Shown in pieces: positions 11,897 to 24,400 of a stretch of 64,000 nucleotides of DNA. Below the pieces are notes generated by a model. That model worked only from the letters and a program-made list of their open reading frames with translations, did no database searches and was not told the DNA's origin. The DNA is taken from positions 27,573,673-27,637,672 of the forward strand of contig OZ037766.1 in the NCBI GenBank assembly GCA_964035545.1, written 5' to 3'. This stretch comes from Bugula neritina. Lineage: Eukaryota > Animalia > Bryozoa. How positions within the stretch are numbered: position 1 is the stretch's first letter; every line of letters begins with the position of its first letter. Made by a program: the position numbers and the translations under genes.

Positions 11897-14800
11897 ATGG
11901 CTACTCAACTACCCACCTCACCACTCGCTGGAGCTATCAATTCCTTCAACAAAGATGGCCTAAAGCCTACAGAGACAGCTGAGAAAAACCCTCTTCCATC
12001 TTCTGCTGGTTAGTAGTTTGTCTTTAGCTTACTTAATGAAATACTCTCACTTGCAACTGACTTACACTCTTTTCTACTTACATTTTATTGCATTTTGTTT
12101 TCAGTGCATTTATGTTGACTTGTCACATGGTATGTTTTTCATCAAGATAACACGCAACTTGATATTGCACCTACTGTAAACTAGCCTTTTCTAGTGGTAG
12201 CCTATATGTAAAAGATTTACAATGAGTAGCATGTCATAGCCATGCAAAACTGAAATGACGCCAATGGTTATAAAACAGCAAAAATATTTGGTGTAATATT
12301 CTTTCACTGCAGTGTACAGTTGTTACAGCTTATTGCAAGGCTGAAGTTGCATCCCTTTGATCTAATATGCAGTGATAGCTGTATAGCACAATAATAGTTC
12401 TATTATTACAAAGATGGGAAAAGGCCATTGTAAACTACACAGTGTACTATATATCATACCATATATCATACCATTGCTATGCTATGCTATATTGAGAATA
12501 TTAGTCACATGTTTACAAAGTCACAACTGGGCTTGTTGCCATGGCAGCTAGCCAGTTAGTGTATTTTTTAACTACGAGGAATGAATAAGTTGATATTTAC
12601 AGTTATCTCTAAAGGTTGAGTGTCATTATACCATAAATGTTAACTGCTTGCAGTGACTATAATGAACAAATAGGCCACTTAATCACCAGCATCTTTCAAC
12701 AGATAGCAATGGTTGTCAGTCCTAATGTAACAACAAGATAACAATAAGTCTTTTAACTACAAACATCTTATCCCAGTGTATGAAATCATCTGTCAAACAA
12801 AGGGCTGACTCACAATTAACATTTACCAGCACGATGCCAAAAGAGCAAATCTGTGATGATGATAATTGAACTTAATAACCTATAGTGGGATTGCAGCACT
12901 TTTGTTATTTCACTGGTCGTGAGAACCTGCTGATTTTCAAACTGATCAGCTAGGCTTGTAACGTCTACTAGTCTACTACGTGCTGCTGGTCACTAACCCA
13001 GATATGGGCTAGATATCAACTTATAGTGTTTACCAGAGTACCGTGAGTAATAGCTAATAGTACAGCAGCCACCATTTCATCATCCAGATGATTCCATATG
13101 CAGTCCTGGTAACCCATTACCACATTAGCAATGCAAATGTGCACGTATTGTATCTAACTGTTGTCATAGATACCAGTATAAACACATTATTAACACTGTG
13201 ATGTCAAATATAGTAAGAGCTGTAATAATCCACATTTGTGCAGAGTTGAATGACCCTCCATCAACTAACCACTGGCTACAAGTCAACTTCCAGGAAACAT
13301 GTGAATTCATACTTGAAAATAGCCCAAGATCTATCTAATCCCCATTCATCAGCCAGAAATTGTAGGACTGCACACTAAAATTTTAGCTCCACTGTAATAA
13401 ATATATGACTTTTTGGTAACAATGCAGTAATTAGTATTTTAGTAAAAAATTAAAAAAAGAATGACATAAAATTAGAAAATGCAGCCATGTTTAGCATATA
13501 GCTAGCTAGAAGTAGATCTTGTTGCTCATTCCATTGCTAGTATCCTGAGCTACTGTGTTAGGCTAAGTTTGAAGTATCTAATATAGGGTGGGTGTGCACA
13601 TGTCCCACATCTAGATAGGTTGGGGGGTTGAACTTGGCTGATTACTGAGAAAACAAATACAATTATTAAAATAACCACATCAGTTGAATTCTTGCAAACA
13701 GCTGCAGAGTCTAATGAACAAGGAAGTTCATTGTGTACACAATAATAGAGCCTGTTTCAACACAAGTCTACTATTCAGCTTCAACTTTGTTCTTTCAACT
13801 ACACTAAGCCTAGGGCCACACTGTGCGTATTTTCGCATGCGAAAATTGAAATCACAAGTAGCAAAGGTGTCCACTGTGCGCGTTGAGAAAACGTTCGCAC
13901 TTGTCGCTCTGCATTTTCAACGCAAGTGCGAATCGTCTCTGTCGTCGTCACCTAATTGGCTGGTAGCTATTAAGCGAGCCCAATTTCGTTATTTTATTGC
14001 TAAATTCCAGTAAATTGCGTTTTATTGAAAGCGAGTGCGATTTAAAAAAGAAAGCTTTATTTATCACGCGTCACTGACGCTACAGTGGACGCCTTTGCTA
14101 CTTGTGGTTTCAATTTTCGCATGCGAAAATACGCACCGTGTGGCCCTAGGCTAACACTCATCAGTTACGCAGCTGATGTGTAAACAATACGATAATAGTT
14201 CTGTGCAAATATTGACATCAATTTCAATCCGTTTAATCAGAGACTGAAAAGCATTTAAGATAAAACTTCAAGATACAAACTTAGTTAGAAGCTGTTATCT
14301 AAGAAATTTTGCTCCTGAAAATTAATATTCTGACTCTGGATTCATGATGTTTTTAATAATCAGATAAAAAATGCAACATGATTTATCAAATGAGTCATTA
14401 TGACCAACTGGTGGAAAAACAAGCCTTTGTTGAAACTGTTGCTAATAAAGTTAAGATGCTGTAGTTGAGTCATAAACTAGCACCAGGGTACAGTAGTTCG
14501 GCTCGTAGGGCATAGAAACCACCACTTATAAAACTATTGGTGATATAATCACTACATGTGAAAGGTTATGACCAATTTAGTGATTCATGCCAAGGGATTA
14601 GCAAGTCAAAACCCTGTGATTTCACTGTCAGTATTTGGACTGTGGTAACAGTGCGCATATCTACTTAACAACTGATGCAAGATGGAGCACATCTTTTTGA
14701 TGTAAACTTTTGTGTTGATGGACATTGAACTTTTGTTGAATAAAATTCTTCTAGTGTAATAATATTTTTACTGCGTAATGTTGATTATAATCAGTATGCA

Positions 14801-17800
14801 TTCAGCTCTATAATAATAGTTGGAATATGTATTATATTTTAGCCTAAAATACTCTTCAATTCTGTTTTATAATTGAAATAATCTAAGTATTATTTAACCT
14901 TATACAATGCACATATACACCCTCTTCATTTTCTATGCATGTCTTTATATTCAGTAAATCTCAAACTTTTTGCTGATCAAAAATAATGACTTTTGATGGT
15001 ATATACACCAAACTATGATGGTTGACTTATACAAGCTAAATGCCCCTCTCTCTATAGGAATTGACTAGTATTTAAGCCCATATTCTAGGAGTCTGCTGGC
15101 TCAGGTTTACTAAATTATTACTGTTGCCAGTTTTAGGCTAGTATACCAAATTACTATTTGCCAAAAACACTTGGAAATGCTGCACATGATGTGTTTTGGC
15201 TAACATTCCATTACATGTGCCAGTTTATGTGCAAGATAACCATCTCCATTAGCAGTGAATGCCATAACAACCACCACTAGTTTCTGTAGGTCAACACTCT
15301 TAATGTAACTACACCATAAAACTTGTTGAATTAAACAGGCCCATAATTTTCTCAGATTACCGACCTGCAGGTCTTCATACACTGATGGTTTACTTATCAG
15401 TTTGGAATTTATAACTCCAGCTCAAGATTCTAGTAAACTGAGTAGTAATTAGCATCTGCCATGTTAATTGTGGATTAAAAGTATATGTACACTTTTATGC
15501 AGTTACTAATTATATTCAACCGAAAATACTGGCATTCCTTTAACCAGTTGACACCACTATGACTCACTAGCTGACACCACTATGACTGACTAACTGACAC
15601 CACTATGACTGACTAGTTGACACCACTATGACTCACTAGCTGACACCACTATGACTGACTAGTTGACACCACTATGACTCACTAGCTGACACCACTATGA
15701 CTCACTAGTTGACACCACTGTGACTGACTAGTTGACACCGCTATGACTACCATTATGACGCAACAGCTGACACCACTATGACTCACTAGTTGACACCACT
15801 ATGACTGACTAGTTGACACTGTTTTACTGACTCGTAAGGAAGTAAATTAGATTGCACACAATATGATGATATTTTTATCGTCTAATGTCACTTTATTCAG
15901 ATGTGAAGCAGGAAAAGACCCACCAGAACATCCTGGCGGAGGTAGAAGGTGGTGCCAAGTTGAGACACACAGATACTAAGGAAAAGATTGTCCTTCCCAG
16001 TGCCGATGGTTAGTAACCTTAGAAACTTATGGTTAGCTGTTGTAGAGCGTGAGGTGCGTTTACTTCTGTCAAAATAACATGCATTGCTGCTGTATTGTTG
16101 TATTTGATATACATAACAGATGATTTGTGTCCTGTAAAGTCCACCTAATGTAAGTAATTCTGAAATATTTCCTCAAGATTTTTACTCAAATTGATTTCCA
16201 ACTATATATTTGTAATAATGCTTTTCTTGCATTGTATTTGATCAAAATCAACTTTGCAATGTATAGTGCACACAAAAACTTTAATATATTCCCCTCCCAA
16301 AGATAACTGGATTTCAACAAATAAAATTTCGAAGCTCTTTGTCGTTCCCTTGTGTTCTAATCCCTCCATCCATCCACCCAATACCGTATATGATTTTGAG
16401 TTAGTGCAGTAATACCCACTTGTGACAGTCATGTGATTGTTGGTGTCACACTCATGTGACTTGGTCTTGCCACACCCCTTTGTGACTCATCAACGAGTTT
16501 CTTTTGTGATTCAATAATTCCCTCTGATGAATCATCCAGACTCCTAGGTCACTCAATCCTGTCACTCAATGCTGTCACACAGCTCTGTGTCACTCAAGGT
16601 CATGTCATATTGACTGCTGCAATGTTGTTGCAGATGTGAAACAAGAAAAGAATCGCCAGAGCCTGCTGAGTGAAGTAGAAGGAGACCACAGCCTCAAGAA
16701 GGTCACTACTGATGAGAAAAACCCCCTCCCTGACAACGATGGTAATTGTCATGTCTTCCAATTATTTTCACGCAGCTGCAGTGACGAAAGATTGGTGCTG
16801 TAGTTCTATTAATATCTAGGAATTGTAGAAAGTATTGCCTAATTAAAACTTCTATATGGTTGTGTTGTCTTTAAGATATAGACTATAGAGTGTAGAGCAT
16901 GTAACATACTGTACTCACTGCATGTTTATAGTCCTTTTATGGTGATACACAAGTCAGCCTGTCTTTATGTGCTTCTTTTTAACATTAATCTGTGCATTAT
17001 TCATCAACACAGACGACTCCTAACCTAAATAACTTAACTTTGGAATATAGTCTTGTGGTAATATGTATGTGGCATGGCTGGTTGTTTACCTCTGTTTCTG
17101 TTATCTACATAATAATGGTGATGGAAAGTTTTATACTTACAATGTACTTACACTGATCTACATAGCAGTCACAATACTTATTTATACTCAGTTGTCTATT
17201 CTTCTGTAATCATAGCAGTATATTCTAAACTTACACTGACCTATATACGGAGCTCTGGCGTTATACTCACCCACACTTACCATTCAGTACTTACACTGAC
17301 CTATATTCAAAACTCTGGCATTATGCTCACCCACACTTACACTGACCTATATTCCTTGCTCTATGCTGACCTACAAACTATATTCTTTACCTACCAACTA
17401 CAATTTCAGCCGTCCAAGCAGAAAAGAAGCACCAACAGTTTACGTCCGGTATTGAAGGGTTCTCCAAGGAACAGTTAAATAAGGCACAAACAGCCGAGAA
17501 AAACCCTCTTCCGGGCTCCGATGGTAAAGGATAGCTTTATATTATATCTTCTCTTTAGATGAATGACTCCTAGTGTGTAGCAGACACGTGGAATCTTTTC
17601 CAAATTCCTGCAGATTTTTGGGAAAGCAACTTCTTAACAAAATTAATAAAATCCAAACTAGAAATGTAGCAGCTGTTGGATATTACTGGAATAAACACCA
17701 CTTTATGCTCATAGTTATCACTCTACCAGAGTGGTTAACATTCTACAGTTATTTATTCTACTGAAATATGTCCATTAAAGCAGTAAAAGCTAAAAGATGT

Positions 17801-19407
17801 CAGGTTCACTCACATGAGAGATGGATGTCAATAGGGGTAAAGTTGATAATATTAATTTGTGGTATAATATTACATGTAGCGTAATATATATATATATATA
17901 TATATTTTTTTTTTAAATTATAATATTATGTAGCATACAAAATAGTATGTGGGGTGTAAAGTTCAAAGTAGTGCTATACTTGGAATTCCAAAAAATTGTT
18001 GATAAGAAAAAATTTTGAACACAAAAACAGTCAGCAAATTTCAAAATCCGGATGGCTAGAAAAAATATGTTATGACTTGACCTACTCTTTCAACAGTTGC
18101 TATGCAGTTCAGCAGACGTGATTTACAACATGACATGTTTTCTCACCATTTTACAGTCTACAGGTTTAAGTTAAACAGTGTTGTAGCATGGCTTCTGTCA
18201 ATATATGCTTGCATGTTTGCTACTAACAAGGCTACGGTTAATAGACTTATGGGTTACGAGGTTAGGGAATGTATGCTGTACATATAGTGGCAGTAACTTG
18301 CATGGTCTTGGTGTTAGGCAAACCTATAGTCTTATGGTGGTTGAAGTTTTAACTTTAAATATTACACTGAAGCAGAACATATTACCAATAGTATTTTTCT
18401 GAAAAGAAAAACTTGAGCTAAACAGCTGAGAAATGTTACATTTATTTATTTTCTATCTGAATGTGACTTAACCTCATTGAATCTTACCCACCTAGCCCAC
18501 TACTCATTTTCATATAAGCATTATATGCCAAAAAGCCAGTGTCTTATATTGTAATGTATTGTAATGTAATACTGACTGACTTTATTACATTCCTTAGTAT
18601 ATTAACTGTAGTAGTATGTGATATACCTGTACAGTATTCAATGTATTGCCTTTCTCATTGTTACATGTTTTTCTGTAATAGTTGTGTAATAGAGTATCAA
18701 TTATCAAGCAATTGTATTGTATTTATGGAATTGTGTTCACAATGCTGTACTGCGTATCATCTGCTAATTTATATCAATTGATGTTGTTTGCTGTATATTT
18801 ATTATATTTTATTTAGCCATAGCAGCTGAAAAGAAAGAGGTTGAAATGAGAACTGGAATTGAGCAATATAACAAAGAAAATATGAAACACACAGACACTC
18901 AAGTGAAGCAGGTCTTGCCTGACAAAGATAGTGAGTATTGCAGTTTGTTGCTATAAATACCCATTCTTTAGAGTATGTTCACAAGTATGTGTTGTGGGAA
19001 TATATGTCTACAGTTACTGTGAACAGGAATATGCAACATAAGTCTGCGTATATAATTTCGTAAATATTATAGCAAATAAAGTTGATATGAAATGCATTTT
19101 GATTTTATTGTCGGCTAATAAAACTTTTCTGAGACGTAAATGGCTGCATTTAAGCTCAATATAAAATTGGATATAATTTAATTACTTTCTTTTTTGTAAA
19201 ATTCAATGCTTATGACAAGTTAGTAGACCGTTTTTTGTGTATGTAAAATTCACTATAAAAGTTGTTTACACACTACAGTTTCATACTGTCTTCACTTTGT
19301 CAACGAATAAGATATATTATTTAAATGATAAAAATAGCAACAATTACTATGTATGTAATTATATTGTAGCTATTGAGCAGGAGAGGAGAAACAGTTTGAC
19401 TGAGTAA
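11897..19407 (+). CDS. Multi-repeat beta-thymosin (5 thymosin/WH2 repeats; ciboulot/tetrathymosin-like), ~197 aa
   Basis: Exons 11897-12008, 15901-16008, 16634-16741, 17410-17523, 18817-18930, 19370-19407 (594 nt), all introns phase 1. Repeat cores LKPTETAEKNPLP, LRHTDTKEKIVLP, LKKVTTDEKTPLP, LNKAQTAEKNPLP, MKHTDTQVKQVLP match beta-thymosin LKKTETQEKNPLP; ends TIEQERRNSLTE*. Start context aaaATGG. Confidence 0.95.
13808..14151. mobile_element. Non-autonomous DNA transposon (Tourist-like MITE, PIF/Harbinger type), 344 bp
   Basis: ~70-bp near-perfect TIRs GCCTAGGGCCACACTGTGCGTATTTTCGCATGCGAAAATTGAAA... / ...GTGTGGCCCTAGGC; TAA on both flanks (3-bp TSD); CpG-rich, no transposase ORF. Confidence 0.9.
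15545..15830. repeat. 23-bp minisatellite (~12 copies) upstream of a thymosin exon
   Basis: Unit tgacaccactatgactcactagc/t. Confidence 0.95.
17228..17395. repeat. Degenerate tandem duplication (acttacactgacctatat...) abutting a thymosin acceptor
   Basis: Three copies of acttacactgacctatat and two of ctctggc.ttat.ctcacccacacttac. Confidence 0.7.
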
Positions 19408-19652
19408 ACTGTCCATGTATACAGTATCTGCTACGTTATTGGTTATTGTTATGTAAGCAAGAACCCAATTGGCTTCCACTTGCTATAGCAGTTTATTTCA
19501 TTTGTTATTTTATTTACTACTTTACTTAGAAAACCAGTTATACACATTTGTGAGGCAGCAGCGATTGTATCGGTTAGTTACTAGCGCGTCTGATCTAGCT
19601 ATACTTATCTAGTTCTATTCAATACTCCAATTATATAATTATGTTCTATTGT

Positions 19653-19658
19653 AATAAA
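19653..19658 (+). terminator. Candidate polyadenylation signal of the thymosin gene
   Basis: AATAAA ~250 nt after the stop, followed by G/T-rich sequence. Confidence 0.5.
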
Positions 19659-20831
19659 AGGGTGGCTGTTTTTTATATTATTTTTCATAATTCAACTAAA
19701 CCAAACGAATTCCAAAAAAATGCTATGTGATATGTAGTGACGTAATAATAGTCTTCCTGCCTCTACTAACCACTTTTGCCGACTAATCCAGATCTGAGCA
19801 GATGTCAGCCCAGCAAATAAATATCTAGGCACAGCCATTGGCCAATGAAATGTTTCAAAACCTCCCTAGCTTTGGCTTTTCAAATACTTCATGTATTTGA
19901 GTCTATTATTTCTTCTGACGCTGATCTGTACTAAAATGCTGCCTATATTTTTTGTTTCTGTAAACAAACCCATAGTGGGACTCTTGATTTTATTTTGCAT
20001 CATCTTGAAAATAAAATTGTCATTTTAAATGTCAAATGATGGATTTTTTATTTTTTTATTATATTGAATAGTTCTACCTTAAAGTGGGTTTGCATACTGA
20101 CTGCATCAGCAAGCCACTAGCATGGAGGTCTAAACAGCACTTATCTATCTGATGGGCAAACAACTGTGGGATAAGCATTGAAAGCCAACTTTTATTCAGT
20201 ATGCTGGAAAATATCAGATTTGTTTCTATAAATAGATTTCTAAATATCAATATGTGTACCCTCGCCTAACTGCACATGCACCACCATCAGATATAGTATG
20301 GCTAGCATACATTTTCTTCTAGCCGAATTATGGCCTGCCACTAGCAAATGTGGGATATGACTGCACAACTAGTCAATTAGTGGTTGGGGGCATACTTATG
20401 AATTCTATCATTGGGGCATGTCCTTTCATTCATAACTGATGTGTCTTGAAGTAGTTTTGCTAGTAGTCACGTACTTTACGACAATATGACTGCTCCTAGT
20501 TGACCACCAATGGAGCATTAGGAAAGCAACTGCTGAATCAAAGTAGTCTTCATAGGTCTAAGACACAGTCTATCTGGACACGGAAGTCGAAAGAAACGCT
20601 TCAGAATTCTTTCCTTCCCCAATGTCGCTTTTTAAGCAAATATTAAAATTAACTTCACAAGATATTTCGCGGCATTTTAACTCAAAGAAATAACATTTCA
20701 GTTCAGCAACACTACACCCAAAAATTATTTCTTCAGCAGATACTGTAATACTGTAAAATAAAATCATGCATCATAATATAAAAATTGTACGCTACTACTT
20801 TCTTTGACCAGGAATTACTTAAATAACATCA

Positions 20832-20837
20832 TTTATT
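20832..20837 (-). terminator. Candidate polyadenylation signal of CEP135
   Basis: tttatt on + (AATAAA on -) ~570 nt beyond the predicted stop. Confidence 0.4.
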
Positions 20838-21407
20838 CAACATTTCACAATCACTCAACAAACAATGCCTGTTCATATAGAATACTTGTACTATCGAATA
20901 AACTCTCACAGTGGAAGACAACTCCAAATCCACTTAGCCTATGAAAAACTTGCAAAACTAACAACATTAGTGATTTTACATTAGAAAGACGGAAGTATTA
21001 CAATGACTAATAAATAAATTACTATTTAACTTAAAACTAAAAGAATTTAATAATTACAAAACATAAGACTGAAAAACCATAAGGCTATTTACAAACTACC
21101 ATCGTATATAAATAAAAAACCAATACGAAAAGAAACCATCCAATAATATAATGGTTTTCATATAAAAATCAATGTTTTCTAAAATGGCTGGTTACATACA
21201 GTGCGTTTTATAGTGGTAATATTCAGAGTGATGGAAGCTAACTATTTCTACAGATCAATACTATTCACTACTATTCCTTGCACACTGGTATCTGTGAACT
21301 CACAACCAACTAATATCTTGCTTCTTATAGTCCTATCAGCTGAGACTGTGTGATGCTAATACCCAGAGTTATATTGTATCCTAACGACATATTCTGAACC
21401 CTCAATG

Positions 21408-24400
21408 CTAATTATCTGTACGACTTGGGTGGTCATTTACACGGCTGAGTTCCATCGGGGGCAGATCCTACAATTAGGAAACGGTGTGTGAAAGTCCCGT
21501 AAGAAAGCTGTGACAACCCCATTTTAGATGTTTATATTTTCACTAACAATCAAACAGCAATTTGGTAACGTTAATTCATGACAAAATAAATTGGCTGCGC
21601 TATGTTACTCTATATAACAAACTTCACATGTACCAATAGAAATTTTACAAATTTACAAACAAAACTTCTTTTGCAATCTGATTTACTGTGAGATTTGATA
21701 TAAAAAAGTGAATGTAAATTAAGATACAGTCTGCGTGTTGTGTTTCTTAGAATATTACTTACGAGGAGAGGATAACTTCTGTTGAGAATTAGAGTCAGCA
21801 AAAAGGAGTTTAGCTTGTGTTACAGAGCTTCTACTACTAGCTGCCAGCTAAGAGAACAAACCCAACACACACACATTAGTTGAGCAAATTTATGCACACA
21901 AAGTTAGTTTGGATAAATGAGTCACATCACGAAAGTAGGTCACAGAACTAAAGGAAAATTTCACACACACTCGGAGCTGAAGAATAAATAGCAAACATAT
22001 GAAGGAAGTAACTATGTGCAGACGCTGAATATAAATATTACTGAGCAGCAAAATGTCATTTCAAAAGACTTCTCTTTGTTAAAAAAGAGCTGGAACACTA
22101 GATACTTATTTCAAGAAGTAACAAGACATGTGGTTTTAGTTTTACATTATAGTAAAATCAAATTAAATTAATAAAGAGTATCCAATAAATAGCCGATTTG
22201 AGTACTACAAGAGGTGTAGATGATGTAAGAAGGGCATTCAGTCAAAAGCCTCAAGCTATGTTGTTAGCATGACATAAGGCGAAAACCTCACAAGTTGTAA
22301 CACCTTTCATTTATTTATAATCATTGCTTTATATTCTGCAAGTTTTCCAGATTAGTCTCTATTGAACAATTTTCTACAAAAATTAACCATAAATATTTTA
22401 GCCATGACAATGCGAACCATAGTAGTTTGCCTCTGGTAATGTTAATGTCTATCTAGTAATTTAGCATTACACACAGTAGAAGAAGATAAAAGATAGTAAC
22501 TAGCCAAATGATAGATAGAGAGAAGGCTACACTGTTAAATGTGTCACTACCAATTATCTAAAGTGCATAGCTCATGGTGAGGTGACACTAGAACCATATT
22601 CCTAGCTAGCAGAAGGATATCTGTAAGCTGCTGGGCAACTTATTCTATGCAATAAAATGTGTGAGAATAGCTAGTGAGTGAATGACATGATTCATCTGTA
22701 TTAGGGTGTCAGCTTGTTATGACACGTCTGCAAGTCTAATTAAGGGAAGCAGTGCAAGTAGCAGGATACAAGAGCTAGAAAATAGTTGAAACAAACTGCA
22801 GTTTACAATGAAAATACTTACATTACTGGCTACAGATACGTTGGCTGGGGCAGCAGACAAGCTGTGTGCGGACTTTAGGGGAGTTGGAGAGCGCCCCCGA
22901 CTTGCAGCAGGAGAGAATATTCTAGAACACAGCAATTGATATAACTTAGTATGGAGGCTACAAGTTGCTGGGTTTCAAGTGAATTAGAAGTTCAATACTC
23001 TCAGGAATGCTTACTATTCACTGTACAATAATCAGCTACCATCTTGCAGCTGATTATGATAGGAGTTGTGCCCTCTAATTACTGCACGAGGCCGAATCAG
23101 CTTTGAAAGATTAACATACACTCATACGAATCTCAAGAGTAAAGTGTAAATACAAATTCTATTTGGCTGTAGATTATAAATAATGGCTTTAGATAACACA
23201 ATTTAAATAACAAAGCCTAAAAAGCAATCCTTGTACAGCGCAAGTATCTGAAACCATGCAACTTACTTGTTAACTGGTGCCGACACTTGGGACATGGGAG
23301 TTGCCCTTCCAGACAGCGCCTGAGATGAGGGAGTCATGTGACCTGCTGACCGAGATAGCTGCGATCTGGATAATTCCGTGACTCGCCTCAATTCTTGCGC
23401 AGTTTTCTCCTTTTCAAACCTTCAGTAGTAAAGAATACAACTCAAGGTTTACTCAATAATGGCTGTATAATCATACCACTTAGAGTGTGAAATATAAGAT
23501 GTAATCTAGTGTTAGAATAAACAGTATAACATACAGCATACAAGTATTGCATAGAGTAAATATAGTCACACTCTATACTATATACAGTAGCAGATGTGTA
23601 CAGGGTATATATACGGCAGACTGAATACCGAATGCTTCGCTACCTTTCATTAGTGAGTTGATGTCGGGATCTTTCTAAATCTGACTCTAAGTCTAGTATT
23701 CTGTTCCTCAGTTGAGTTATCTCCCTTGTTTGACTGTCTCTGAAAATTAAAATACATTGTTGTGTGCAATCAGCTCTAGATTTCACTACATATCAGCACT
23801 CTTCTATCTTTCTACACAATTCTTGTCCTTACAACACAGAAACATTCAACACCGCTGTCAAGTTCAACCCCGCTGTCAAGTTCAACCCCGCTGCCAGGTT
23901 CAATGCTGGACTCACATTTTGCTGTCGTTTAGTGTGAGTCGGTCTTTCATGAGTTGCACCTCGCTGGAGCTCTCCTGGACAGCCAGCTGAGCCTGGAACT
24001 CCTTGTCCCTGTTGGAGGCCAGAAGCTGCTCCAGACCCAGGAGCTCTTGCCGGTCACTGCAAATAGAATAATCAGTCAACACACAGGTCACTTCTTTGGT
24101 GTGTGACGACGTGACTGCAGGCAGCAGCAGCGACAGAAAGTAGTGAAACAGCTACATTATTACAAGAATTCCTAGAGTTTAGAGATGGGAAACAATGGAA
24201 ATTTGCTACAAGAATGCTGACTGTATCTATATCTAATAGCAGAAACAGGCAGCACATAGTTACTTATTCATATTCATATATTACTTATCCATGTAAGTTT
24301 ATAACATACGAGTGATTTCGGTCTTTGAGAGCGGATATCTCCCTTTCTAGCTGGTCTATTGTGTCTACAGCCCTATCACACTCCAGTTCCTTGGCGGCCA

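Noticed and set aside
13684-14013. 109-aa ORF as a transposase fragment
   Set aside because: Runs across the MITE boundary and has no DDE or DNA-binding motif; chance ORF.
13807-14152. TA target duplication (Tc1/mariner) with palindromic target preference for the MITEs
   Set aside because: The empty SINE site shows the apparent palindromic flanks belong to the TIR and the TSD is 3-bp TWA.
20570-20767. 65-aa - strand ORF between the thymosin and CEP135 3' ends
   Set aside because: No recognisable motif or partner exons; cannot be supported.
22606-22620. Alternative CEP135 terminal exon (ISFC*) after cttacag
   Set aside because: Phase fits, but there is no other support; the 21408-21467 exon is more plausible.
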